DNA from: an uncultured Bacillota bacterium
GTDB taxonomy: Bacteria; Bacillota; DTU025; MWDF01
Length of the DNA: 64,000 nt
Direction: 5' to 3'
NCBI GenBank assembly: GCA_963823655.1
Contig: CAWGMK010000013.1
Coordinates: 64,001-128,000 of the forward strand
Made by a program: the position numbers and the translations under genes
Notes under the pieces: model-generated
Database searches by the model: none
What the model was told of the DNA's origin: nothing
The model's input: the letters and a program-made list of their open reading frames with translations, nothing else
Part shown: positions 39,929-48,878 of the stretch, in pieces
Numbering within the stretch: position 1 is the first letter of the stretch
How the letters are laid out: every line of letters begins with the position of its first letter

Positions 39929-40963
39929 ATGTCTAACAATGAGGCCAGGCAGTTCGTAAACAGCCTTAAGGAAAACGATGTAGTAAGCGGAGTATACCAG
40001 GTAATCGACGCCAGAGTTATTAAGAACTACCTGGATCTTAGGCTTGGCGATAAAACGGGCAGCATCCCCATGAAAGTTTGGGATTGGCGCGATAACGACG
40101 ATGAATTGGGCTTCCTTGCCGTAAAAGGTGAGAAGGTCAGGCTTAACGGCGTAAAAGTCGAGATTTTCGACGGAAGGGTGCTGCAATTTGCGGCTGCCAG
40201 GCTTTCTGACATCAAAAGGAACCGGCTAGTTTCTCCGGTCCTTCCGGATTCTTACAACGAGGACGATTTCATCGCAAGTTCCGACCGCAGCGTGGATGAG
40301 CTGCTCAGCGAGATGAAATCCCTGATAAAAAGCGTCAGCAATGATCACTACAGGAAGCTGCTGGAGCACTTCCTGACCGACGCCGGGCAGATGAGCGCGC
40401 AGTTCGCCGTGTGGCCTGCTGCCGTCGGCCAGCATCACGCCTATAAGGGGGGGCTTATCGAGCATTCCGTTAATGTGGCCAAGCTGTGCAACTTCCTCGC
40501 ATCCAATTACAGGCACATGAACAGGGATCTGATAATAACAGGCGCGCTTTTGCACGATATCGGCAAGCTGAAGTCCTACGACAGCGCGGTCAACGGCACA
40601 AGGCCCGAGGTGTCCCTGGATGGCACGTTCATGGACCACATCGCTCTAGGAAGCACTATGATTGAGGCGGCTATTTCCGAGCTTGAAGCCGATGAGGGGA
40701 TCTTCGGCACCGGTAAGTGGGAACCAATGGAGAAGAGGCTTCTCATACACCTGGTCCTGTCGCATCACGGGGAGCTTGAGTGGGGCTCGCCGGTAAGGCC
40801 GGTAGTGATGGAAGCCCAGCTGCTGCACTTTGCCGACAACACGGATGCTTGGGCCAACCGCTTCGAAAGGTTGCTGGAGTATGCATCCGACGGCGAGCGG
40901 GGGGCCATGAAAAGGCCGGATAATATAGACAGGTTCGTGTACATTCCTTTGAATAAAGACTAG
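39929..40963 (+). CDS. yhaM: 3'-5' exoribonuclease YhaM-like (OB fold plus HD domain)
   Basis: L.L.DKTG, PAAVGQHHAYKGGLIEHS, LHDIGK, SHHG.LEWGSP and HFAD. Confidence 0.85.
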   Translation: MSNNEARQFVNSLKENDVVSGVYQVIDARVIKNYLDLRLGDKTGSIPMKVWDWRDNDDELGFLAVKGEKVRLNGVKVEIFDGRVLQFAAARLSDIKRNRLVSPVLPDSYNEDDFIASSDRSVDELLSEMKSLIKSVSNDHYRKLLEHFLTDAGQMSAQFAVWPAAVGQHHAYKGGLIEHSVNVAKLCNFLASNYRHMNRDLIITGALLHDIGKLKSYDSAVNGTRPEVSLDGTFMDHIALGSTMIEAAISELEADEGIFGTGKWEPMEKRLLIHLVLSHHGELEWGSPVRPVVMEAQLLHFADNTDAWANRFERLLEYASDGERGAMKRPDNIDRFVYIPLNKD

Positions 40964-40978
40964 GAAAGTACTAAATTG

Positions 40979-41010
40979 CGAAGAGGGGCTTCACAAAGAA
41001 GCCCCTCTCG
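40979..41010 (+). terminator. Hairpin after yhaM (terminator-like; abuts a TATAAT at 41014)
   Basis: GAGGGGCTTC-ACAAA-GAAGCCCCTC with no clear U-tract. Confidence 0.5.
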
Positions 41011-41032
41011 TCGTATAATTACACATCAACGT

Positions 41033-41329
41033 CATGGAGGTAGCAGAAATCCATACTGCCAACCATACATCAGGAATACACTTCTTGAAGGCAAAGTCCT
41101 ATTACAGGGCGCTTGCCATTTCCTCCATGTCTTCCAAACTCGAACTCAACCGAATGTGTATGCGCGGCTGATGTCCCTCGTCAAAGAACGCATCATTTGA
41201 TGCGTCGGGGCCGGCAAGGGGGCATCAGTGCAAAGCCGGGTTTTAACGGCAAGCGTTGCAATTCCTGGGCAGTAAGCCGCAGGTTGGTCGCATGCTTGGA
41301 CGGATGATTCCTGCCGGCCATACACTTTT
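41033..41329 (+). promoter_or_regulatory. Long structured 5' leader of metNIQ (candidate cis-regulatory RNA)
   Basis: Two multi-stem domains closed by CATGGAGG/CCTCCATG and GTGTATG/CATACAC; no canonical S-box or T-box consensus seen. Confidence 0.45.
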
Positions 41330-41348
41330 ATACGGATGGTGATTAAAG

Positions 41349-42116
41349 ATGTCGGGCGAAGACGCGATTATCGTTTTCAAGAAAGTATGCAAGACGTTCC
41401 CGGCCGAGAACGGCTCGGAAAATGAAGTGCTCAAAGACCTGGACCTTTCCGTGGGCAGGGGCAGGATCTTCGGCATTGTCGGATTGTCTGGTGCGGGGAA
41501 GTCGACGCTTATCAGGCTTATCAACCAGCTTGAAAAGGTAACATCGGGATCTTTGCTCGTAGACGGGCAGGATGTTACAAGACAGCACGATGGGGATCTG
41601 ATGAATCTACGGCGCCATATCGGGATGATATTCCAGAATTTCAACCTGATGAGAAACTCCACCGTTTTCGAGAACATCGCCTTCCCGCTGAGAATCACGA
41701 AGTACTCTGAGGAGTATATAAATGACAGGGTAAATGAACTTCTACAGCTTGTAGGCTTGGCGGATTACTCCCGCTCATATCCTGCGAAACTGTCAGGCGG
41801 GCAGAAACAAAGGGTGGCGATTGCCAGGGCTTTGGCACTTCATCCGGACATCCTGCTTTGCGATGAGGCGACTTCCGCGTTGGACCCCAGGACAGCCAAA
41901 TCCATACTAGACCTGCTGCGTTCGATAAACCGGGGCATGGGGGTTACTGTTGTCATCGTCACGCACGATATGGGAGTAGTAAGGTATGCCTGCGATGACG
42001 TGGCGGTGCTAGACAGCGGGGAGATAGTGGAAAGAGGCAGAGTGAGCGAGGTATTCGCCAATCCCAGGTCTCTTATAAAAACCTTCCTGGAAGGCTTCGG
42101 AGGTGGGCAGCAATGA
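41349..42116 (+). CDS. metN: Methionine ABC transporter ATPase (short form without the C-terminal NIL domain)
   Basis: GLSGAGKS, IGMIFQNFNL, LSGGQKQR and LCDEATSALDP. Confidence 0.88.
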   Translation: MSGEDAIIVFKKVCKTFPAENGSENEVLKDLDLSVGRGRIFGIVGLSGAGKSTLIRLINQLEKVTSGSLLVDGQDVTRQHDGDLMNLRRHIGMIFQNFNLMRNSTVFENIAFPLRITKYSEEYINDRVNELLQLVGLADYSRSYPAKLSGGQKQRVAIARALALHPDILLCDEATSALDPRTAKSILDLLRSINRGMGVTVVIVTHDMGVVRYACDDVAVLDSGEIVERGRVSEVFANPRSLIKTFLEGFGGGQQ

Positions 42117-42808
42117 TGATATATACATGGGCCGACCTTCTGGTCTCATTCAAAGTTCTGCTTGGAGAACCGCTGCTGAACACCCTGGCGATAACCCTGG
42201 GCTCGACTTTGCTCGCATGCCTTGGAGGAATACCACTTGGGGTATATCTTGTACTGTCGTCGCCGGGTTATCCCCTCGCTGCCGGCAGGCTGTACGGAGC
42301 CCTATCATCCGTAATAAACATAATAAGATCCATACCTACTATCATCCTCGTTATCCTACTCTCGTCGCTGCTGTACTTCAGGTACTCGATCTACAGGCCG
42401 ACTGACTTCGCATTATTGGCGGAGGCAGTGGTGATGTGGGCAATAGCTGCAACACCTTTGTGCGCAAGGCTTGTGGAATCCGCGCTCAAGGAAGTCGATA
42501 AAGGGCTCCTTGAGGCGGCGCTTGCGTGCGGCGCCAATGTCAGGCAGCTCGTGGGCAAAGTAATGCTGAAGGAGGCCAGGCCTGGTCTTATACTTGGCAT
42601 AACGACTTTGGCCATAACCATACTTGGCACCACTGTAATGTCAGAAACAATAGCAATAAGGACCATTGCTTCACGCGCAGTCGTCAGGGCCACTATAGAC
42701 AATGACGGTGAGTTCATAGTCTCGGGAATAGTGGCGCTAGCTTTGATAATTTCCATAATACAGACGCTTGGCACTGTAATGGCCAGGCGTTCGGACAAAT
42801 CTAGATAA
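42113..42808 (+). CDS. metI: Methionine ABC transporter permease
   Basis: NIIRSIP, ARLVESALKEVDKGLLEAA..GA and EARPGLI. Confidence 0.82.
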   Translation: MMIYTWADLLVSFKVLLGEPLLNTLAITLGSTLLACLGGIPLGVYLVLSSPGYPLAAGRLYGALSSVINIIRSIPTIILVILLSSLLYFRYSIYRPTDFALLAEAVVMWAIAATPLCARLVESALKEVDKGLLEAALACGANVRQLVGKVMLKEARPGLILGITTLAITILGTTVMSETIAIRTIASRAVVRATIDNDGEFIVSGIVALALIISIIQTLGTVMARRSDKSR

Positions 42809-42827
42809 AATATGTGGAGGTAGAAAA

Positions 42828-43673
42828 ATGAAAAAGATAATCGTCATATTTGCACTCATAGTAGCTTTGTTGTCATTCGGGGCCCAGGCTAAGGAATTGA
42901 TAATAATTGGCACCGTAGTAGGAATACAAGAGAGCCTTACAAATGAATACATAGTACCGGCGCTAAATAAGAAAGGCTACGATGTCGAAGTCAGAGTATA
43001 CACATCGTTCGGCCTGAACATCAACACAGACACCGTTCAGGGAAAAACAGACGTGAATTTCTTCCAGCACCTGCCCTACCTGAACAGCGACGCGGCAAAC
43101 CTGCCCAAACTTGCAGTGGTTTTGCCTGTGGCCTCCTTTAAGATGGGCCTGTATGGCGCCACCGCCTCTTCAAAAGATGTAACCGGAGGCGGCAGAGTAG
43201 GCGTTCCGAACGATAAGTCCAATCTACAGCGTGCCCTCAAGCTTCTGGCGGCCGAAGGCTTCATAACAATAAAGAGCACATTCAATGCAGACGTGAATGC
43301 CGACAATTTCAAGAGCTTCATCGAGGACAAGACGCTGAAAGTGGACGATATAATTGCACTTGACCAGCCCGGACTGAAGGCCGGTTTCCGCACAAGATAC
43401 AGCGCAGTAGTGCTGTCCGTAGCAGTTGCTTACGATCCGGATCCAGCGAAATCCCTATTCAAGCTGGTAATCGGCAGGGAGGACAGCTCCGTAACGGACG
43501 GTTTCGTAAACATTTTCGTTGCAAGGCAGTTCGACGAGAAGGGCACTGACGCCTATTCAAAGAAGATACAGGATCTCAAGGCAACTCTGAAGGAACTGAC
43601 AACTGACCCTGGCTTCCTCAAGGTCCTGGCAGACAGATACCTTGGAGTAGTTTACGTACCGGCCGCCAAGTAG
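42828..43673 (+). CDS. metQ: MetQ/NlpA family substrate-binding protein
   Basis: DVNFFQHLPYL and VPNDKSNLQRALKLL. Confidence 0.8.
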   Translation: MKKIIVIFALIVALLSFGAQAKELIIIGTVVGIQESLTNEYIVPALNKKGYDVEVRVYTSFGLNINTDTVQGKTDVNFFQHLPYLNSDAANLPKLAVVLPVASFKMGLYGATASSKDVTGGGRVGVPNDKSNLQRALKLLAAEGFITIKSTFNADVNADNFKSFIEDKTLKVDDIIALDQPGLKAGFRTRYSAVVLSVAVAYDPDPAKSLFKLVIGREDSSVTDGFVNIFVARQFDEKGTDAYSKKIQDLKATLKELTTDPGFLKVLADRYLGVVYVPAAK

Positions 43674-43833
43674 GCAGTCCGGTTCAATACTGGTTGCTCT
43701 GGCCGGGTCAATGCATTCAAGCATTGCACCCGGCTTTTTCTCGTGACCTGGAAGAAGTAGCCAGCTTCATTTTTAGATTTCCGTGCAGTATCCTATAAAT
43801 AACAGGGCGGTGGCGCCCCAATTGGAGGGTCAA

Positions 43834-45135
43834 ATGGCGAAAGATACTTCCAGGGCACTTCGGGGAAGCATGATTTATCAGGTATTTGTGCGGGACTACT
43901 CGGAGAAAGGTGATTTCCGCTCGCTGACTTGCGACCTCAACAGAATTCATGATCTCGGAGCCGACTTCATCCACCTTCTGCCGATTCACCCCATCGGTGT
44001 GGAAAACAGGAAAGGAAGCATCGGTTCACCTTATGCAATCAAAGACTATACATTGATTGACCCTGCATATGGGACTGAGAAGGATCTCAAAGAGCTGCTG
44101 GAAAAGGCGCATGCCCTCGGCATGAAAGTCCTGATGGACATCGTCTATAACCATACGTCCCCTGACTCCGAGCTTTTCAAAATGCACCCCGAATGGTTCT
44201 ACGATAAGGCTGGCAAGCCCGGCAACAAAGTGGGGGACTGGTGGGACGTAATCGACCTTGATTTCGAAAAGGGCGGCGACGGGCTCAGGACATACCTTAT
44301 TGGCAACCTGGTGAAATGGGCGGCCTTCGGTTTCGACGGTTTCAGATGCGATGTCGCATCATTGGTCCCGGTAGACTTCTGGATCGAAGCAAGGCGCAAG
44401 GTAGCAGAATCCAAACCGGGCTGCATCTGGCTTGCTGAATCAGTGCATGGCGAGTTCGTAAGGCTTCTTAGGGGCCAGGGTTTCAGAGCTCACAGCGACA
44501 GCGAGCTTTATCAGGCATTTGATATCTGCTACGAATATGACGTCCACGGTAGGTTCCATGATGTCGCTTTCGGCAAGGGAGGCCTAAAGGCCTATATACA
44601 GGCGGTCAGGGCACAGGAGTATATATACCCGGATAACTATATCAAGCTGCGCTTTATAGGAAACCATGATTTCGACAGGCCTGCATTCCTGTTCAAGAAC
44701 AGGGGCGTTCTGGAGGCCTGGACTGCCTTCACGTTCTTCAACAATGGCTCGACCCTTGTCTACATGGGTGACGAAACATTGACAGACCACAGGCCAAGCC
44801 TTTTCGAAAAGGAGCCTATAGATTGGTCAAAGACCGATGCTTCGCACGTGGAACTGATCAAGAAGCTCGCAAGGATGAAGAAATCCCGATTTTTTACCGA
44901 ATCCACCTTCTATGAAATTGTGGAAAGCGATGACGAGGACAACATAGTGGCCTACTATGAGCTAGGTTCCAAGCGTCTATATGGCATCTTCAATATTGGC
45001 GCAGGATCAGGCGAAGCCTCAATTGATTTGCCGGACGGGAAATATGAAGGCTTCTTTACCGAGGGGCTTACAGTAAAAAACGGAAAGGCCAAAATGGATT
45101 CGCGCTTTGCAGTAATTACCGTCAATATGCCATAA
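43834..45135 (+). CDS. Alpha-amylase family glycoside hydrolase (GH13)
   Basis: GSPYAIKDY, DIVYNH, DGFRCDVA, LAE and GNHD conserved regions. Confidence 0.9.
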   Translation: MAKDTSRALRGSMIYQVFVRDYSEKGDFRSLTCDLNRIHDLGADFIHLLPIHPIGVENRKGSIGSPYAIKDYTLIDPAYGTEKDLKELLEKAHALGMKVLMDIVYNHTSPDSELFKMHPEWFYDKAGKPGNKVGDWWDVIDLDFEKGGDGLRTYLIGNLVKWAAFGFDGFRCDVASLVPVDFWIEARRKVAESKPGCIWLAESVHGEFVRLLRGQGFRAHSDSELYQAFDICYEYDVHGRFHDVAFGKGGLKAYIQAVRAQEYIYPDNYIKLRFIGNHDFDRPAFLFKNRGVLEAWTAFTFFNNGSTLVYMGDETLTDHRPSLFEKEPIDWSKTDASHVELIKKLARMKKSRFFTESTFYEIVESDDEDNIVAYYELGSKRLYGIFNIGAGSGEASIDLPDGKYEGFFTEGLTVKNGKAKMDSRFAVITVNMP

Positions 45136-45191
45136 ACATGCACCCAAACCATATTATCTGTAAATATGGATAAGCAAATATAATTTTATCC

Positions 45192-45230
45192 AGGCGCACT
45201 TTGCTTCTGTCAGGTGCGCCTTTTTTATTT
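45192..45230 (+). terminator. Rho-independent terminator
   Basis: AGGCGCAC...GTGCGCCT then TTTTTATTT. Confidence 0.8.
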
Positions 45231-45305
45231 GGCAAAGAAGGATTTTGATATGACCACGTAATATAGTAATATGCGAATATGCTAATTCATATTACGAGGT
45301 GGATT

Positions 45306-46013
45306 ATGAAGAACCTAGTAAACGCATTGAAGGCCATGGCGGACGAACCGCGCATGAACATACTCGTCGTCCTTGCTTCAAGAGGAGCCGTGTGCGTAAG
45401 CCATCTTCAAGAAGCCATGAGAGTTCCGCAGCCTACAGTCTCCAGGTACCTGTCCATATTGAAGAATGCTGGGTTGCTTGAGGCAGAAAGGCGAGGCCAG
45501 TGGGTTTACTACACCTTGAGCGGGGAAGAGGACACGCTGGTCATCGAAATGATAAGGAAATGTTCAGAGCAGCTTAGGGATACCACTAAGATAAAAAGGA
45601 TAATGGATAGGCTGGATAAACTGGAGCAGCAGCCTTCATTGCCCGCATCAGTGGATACAGCGCCTGTTAAAATTAGGAAGGCCGCCAGAAAGCCCGTAAA
45701 AAACGCGGCATCTTCAATGGCAAATGTCGAAAAGGAAATCGAGGTAATCAGGACTCATTCTGCGGAGGAAGAGGCTTTGCAAGATACGCGGCAGGGCATT
45801 GATAAGGATATTCATCCGATTAAGGAAGCGGCGGTACCAACTTTTGAGGTAGAAGCGGAATTGTCAGGAGCCAACGAATCGCCTGAACCCGGAAAACCTG
45901 ATATTAATGAGAAGACGGAAGTCACCGAGAAGGGACAGGAGGGGCTTGATACTTTGCCCAAAAAGGTCAAACGGAGCAAAAAACAGCTGCCACCAAGCCT
46001 TTTTGATCTATAA
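45306..46013 (+). CDS. ArsR/SmtB regulator with a long charged C-terminal extension
   Basis: LKAMADEPR, CVSHL, QPTVSRYLSILKNAGL and RRGQWVYY, followed by about 125 aa of low-complexity tail. Confidence 0.8.
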   Translation: MKNLVNALKAMADEPRMNILVVLASRGAVCVSHLQEAMRVPQPTVSRYLSILKNAGLLEAERRGQWVYYTLSGEEDTLVIEMIRKCSEQLRDTTKIKRIMDRLDKLEQQPSLPASVDTAPVKIRKAARKPVKNAASSMANVEKEIEVIRTHSAEEEALQDTRQGIDKDIHPIKEAAVPTFEVEAELSGANESPEPGKPDINEKTEVTEKGQEGLDTLPKKVKRSKKQLPPSLFDL

Positions 46014-46021
46014 GGGGAAAC

Positions 46022-47443
46022 CTAATTCGATTTGGAATCAGCCAAATCCCTCAGGCTGCCCAGCAGAGGCTGGCCGGGAGACTGACTAATATGCTCCAGA
46101 ACAGACGGTCGGTACACCTCACTGATAATCGGTCTAATTAAAGGCAATACGGAGAAGCTGTCCAGCATCATCGCTTCCAGCTTCCGCGCTGCCTCAGAAA
46201 GGTGCTCATACGATTTTGGGGACCTTAAAGCCTTTATCGCCTCCTGCCTCTCGTTGCCGTTCCAGCCACCCCACGAAGAAGCGCCAATCTCCAAGCCTAG
46301 GCCCGACTTATAAAGCCCCATGAAGGCCGGTTGAAGCCATATAGATGATATCAGCGCGTCATGACTGCCGGTGTTCATCAAGGCAGATAGCTCAGAGTCT
46401 GTCTTCGGCACGGTAACGCTTACGATAGCGCCACCCTTCTCCCACCAGGATTCAATCAGCAGTGCGCAAAGCATCTCAAGTGAGGACCGGTCCGTGGAAT
46501 CCACAAGAATGGATATCTTCCTTCCTGCCAGAAGCCCGGTTCCCGCACTGGTATTCTCAGGTGCTCTAGAATCGAAGTAGATACCTCTTGCTGCTGTTGC
46601 ATTGCCGTTTGATGCTCTGAGGACCAGGTAAGGTATATCTAGCAAGTTTGAGGCTATCGCTCTGGCTGAAATGTCAAAAAAAGTGGAAGATTTACTATTG
46701 AATACGAGCGATATAACGTTGGGTGCCTCCGATTGCCAGCTGAGCCCCTTAATCGATGCGGCCGCTTTGGTAAGCCCGGTGCGTGCATAGTCGATGTTTC
46801 CCGAAGTGAATGCGTCCAGCATGGACTTCTCATCAGGGAATCCCGTGATGGTTATTGCCGGTCTATCGGCAGCCGATGCTTCCAGCCTAACGGAACCCTC
46901 CGTAAAAGACGCTATTCGATAGGGCGGTGAGCCTGCACCGGCAATCGTTCCATCAACCCCTGAGATCCAAACAGGCGCGAAAGCGAAAAGGTTCCAGAAC
47001 GCGCTGATATCGTCCCTGAATGTGAAGGATATCGAGCGACTAGCTGCATCGCTTCGGATCGCTATGCCCGAACTGCTCGGTATTCGTGCTATAAGAGCCT
47101 CCACAACTTTATCTACGGAAACAACGGCACTGCCGGAAGGGCCTGCAGCCTGGTTGATCCTTACTGAGACCGTCTTCTTTGCTTCGTCAAATACTGGCCA
47201 TGATTTTGCCAACAGAGGAGAAATCCTGCCGTCAGGTTTGTTAATCGAATAAAGGGAATCGCAGGCAATCGAGAGGAATAGGTCGTCCGTGGATGTAGGC
47301 TGCCTGATGCCGCTGAAAGGCGAGACCATGCCTACCACGCCGATCCTGATATCCGCCTGATCAGCAAAAGCAACGAGCGAGAACAGCGACATGAGAGTCG
47401 CTACCAATACGCATACAATAGAAGCTCTTGCTAGAGTTCGCAT
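46022..47443 (-). CDS. Divergent family-5-like ABC substrate-binding protein, exported
   Basis: Signal peptide, DSLY...G.ISPLLAKSW, PYRIASF and a C-terminal LPL; weak motif match. Confidence 0.55.
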   Translation of the reverse strand: MRTLARASIVCVLVATLMSLFSLVAFADQADIRIGVVGMVSPFSGIRQPTSTDDLFLSIACDSLYSINKPDGRISPLLAKSWPVFDEAKKTVSVRINQAAGPSGSAVVSVDKVVEALIARIPSSSGIAIRSDAASRSISFTFRDDISAFWNLFAFAPVWISGVDGTIAGAGSPPYRIASFTEGSVRLEASAADRPAITITGFPDEKSMLDAFTSGNIDYARTGLTKAAASIKGLSWQSEAPNVISLVFNSKSSTFFDISARAIASNLLDIPYLVLRASNGNATAARGIYFDSRAPENTSAGTGLLAGRKISILVDSTDRSSLEMLCALLIESWWEKGGAIVSVTVPKTDSELSALMNTGSHDALISSIWLQPAFMGLYKSGLGLEIGASSWGGWNGNERQEAIKALRSPKSYEHLSEAARKLEAMMLDSFSVLPLIRPIISEVYRPSVLEHISQSPGQPLLGSLRDLADSKSN

Positions 47444-47579
47444 TTAAGCACCGCCATAATGGGCTTATTTATAAATCTGTATTTGCGGATATATATACCT
47501 GACCTTCAGGACGCTTTGAACAAAGCCGGCCGCTAGAGTAGAATATAACACAATGGAGTAATTACGAGGAGGATGAAGA

Positions 47580-48203
47580 ATGGGAAAGGTAAGTTGGAAG
47601 CCGGGGACGATGTTATGGCCTCTGCCTGCCGTAATGGTATCGTGCAAAGGAAAATCCCCTGAAGATAAGGCAAATATCCTGACGCTGTCATGGGTGGGCA
47701 CAGTCAACTCGGATCCGCCGATGCTGTCGATTTCAATCCGACCGGAGCGGCTCTCCTACGAGATCATAGAGGCTACAGGGGAGTTCGTAGTCAATATCCC
47801 GTCCATCGCCCAGGCAAAAGCCGCGGACTACTGCGGCTGCGTGTCCGGCAGGAATGAGGATAAATGGCAAAGCAGCGGGCTCACACAGGGTGAAGCGCTC
47901 AAAGTGAAGTGCCCGATAATAGTAGAGTGCCCTGTGAACCTGGAGTGCAGGGTAAAAGAGAAGATGAAGCTGGGCTCACATGTGATGTTCATTGCCGAGG
48001 TGGTAGCCGTACAGGTGAGTCAGAGCCTGCTTAACGAAAACGACAGATTCGCGCTTGAAAAGGCGGGATTGTTCGCATATGTGCACGGCCATTACTACGC
48101 AATCGGCAGGAAGCTTGGAAGGTTCGGCTTTGCAGTAAGGAAGAAGCCCGTCAGGCAAGGGGCAAGGAGCACGGTTAGGACTCAAAAGAAAAAGGCCGAT
48201 TAG
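47580..48203 (+). CDS. Flavin reductase family protein
   Basis: PLPAVMVS, PPMLSISIRPER.S, GEFVVN, ECPVNLEC and GSH. Confidence 0.88.
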   Translation: MGKVSWKPGTMLWPLPAVMVSCKGKSPEDKANILTLSWVGTVNSDPPMLSISIRPERLSYEIIEATGEFVVNIPSIAQAKAADYCGCVSGRNEDKWQSSGLTQGEALKVKCPIIVECPVNLECRVKEKMKLGSHVMFIAEVVAVQVSQSLLNENDRFALEKAGLFAYVHGHYYAIGRKLGRFGFAVRKKPVRQGARSTVRTQKKKAD

Positions 48204-48754
48204 TAGGCAAGTATCACCCTTGCCGGAGCGCCGTCGGGTGCATCTATTGATAAGGGCAAAGCAATAAGAAACGCCGGCCCTTCGGAAACGTTCTGAAGGG
48301 CCAAGCCTTCGATTATCACTACCCCGGCTTCCAGAAGCAAAAGGTGTACATCAAGGCGGTTGCCGCCATCGACGCTTTGAGATTCGACACCGATAAGCTT
48401 CAGGCCATTTCCAACCAGTTGCCTAAGGCAATTTATGTCAGGCATTTCGCCTTTGACGATCAGCCTTTCGACGGTTGGTTTCGCCCTTTGCGCAAGTTTC
48501 GCAGCCTCTTCCTTAGAAGCCACGATACAAGGGCCGATCATTGCCTCCAGGCAGGGGGTATTACTGTTTCCTTCAAGTATGTGCCCCGGGAAATCCACAT
48601 GAGTCCCAGAGTGAGTTCCCATTGAAATCTCGTGCAGTGAATATCCTTCGGAGGGCACTGAGGCAAACGGCACAATTCTCACTTCCGGGTCGCCCGGCCA
48701 GACCTGCATCCCGTCCGTTATCTTCTGGCTTATATCAACGAACTTCTCGAACAT
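48200..48754 (-). CDS. Cyclase family protein (kynurenine formamidase-like)
   Basis: WPGDP, HSGTHVDFPGH, IEGL and DGAPARV. Confidence 0.85.
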   Translation of the reverse strand: MFEKFVDISQKITDGMQVWPGDPEVRIVPFASVPSEGYSLHEISMGTHSGTHVDFPGHILEGNSNTPCLEAMIGPCIVASKEEAAKLAQRAKPTVERLIVKGEMPDINCLRQLVGNGLKLIGVESQSVDGGNRLDVHLLLLEAGVVIIEGLALQNVSEGPAFLIALPLSIDAPDGAPARVILAY

Positions 48755-48878
48755 GGGAACCTCCTGGAGGATTATATGCATAGGTATAGGTTAATAACTA
48801 TTATGTATCAAGTACTTCCTTTATGGTTTAATATTACTTGAACTCTGAAGGCTTGCGGCCTTTACTCGGAGGTGGATT

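Noticed and set aside
41170-41310. Possible SAM-I, SAM-IV or lysine riboswitch assignment for the met leader
   Set aside because: Only scattered words (CCGGCAA, GTGC, AATTCC). The ATC..GAG, GCAACC/GGTGC pairing and the lysine AGAGG core are absent, so the leader is left unassigned.
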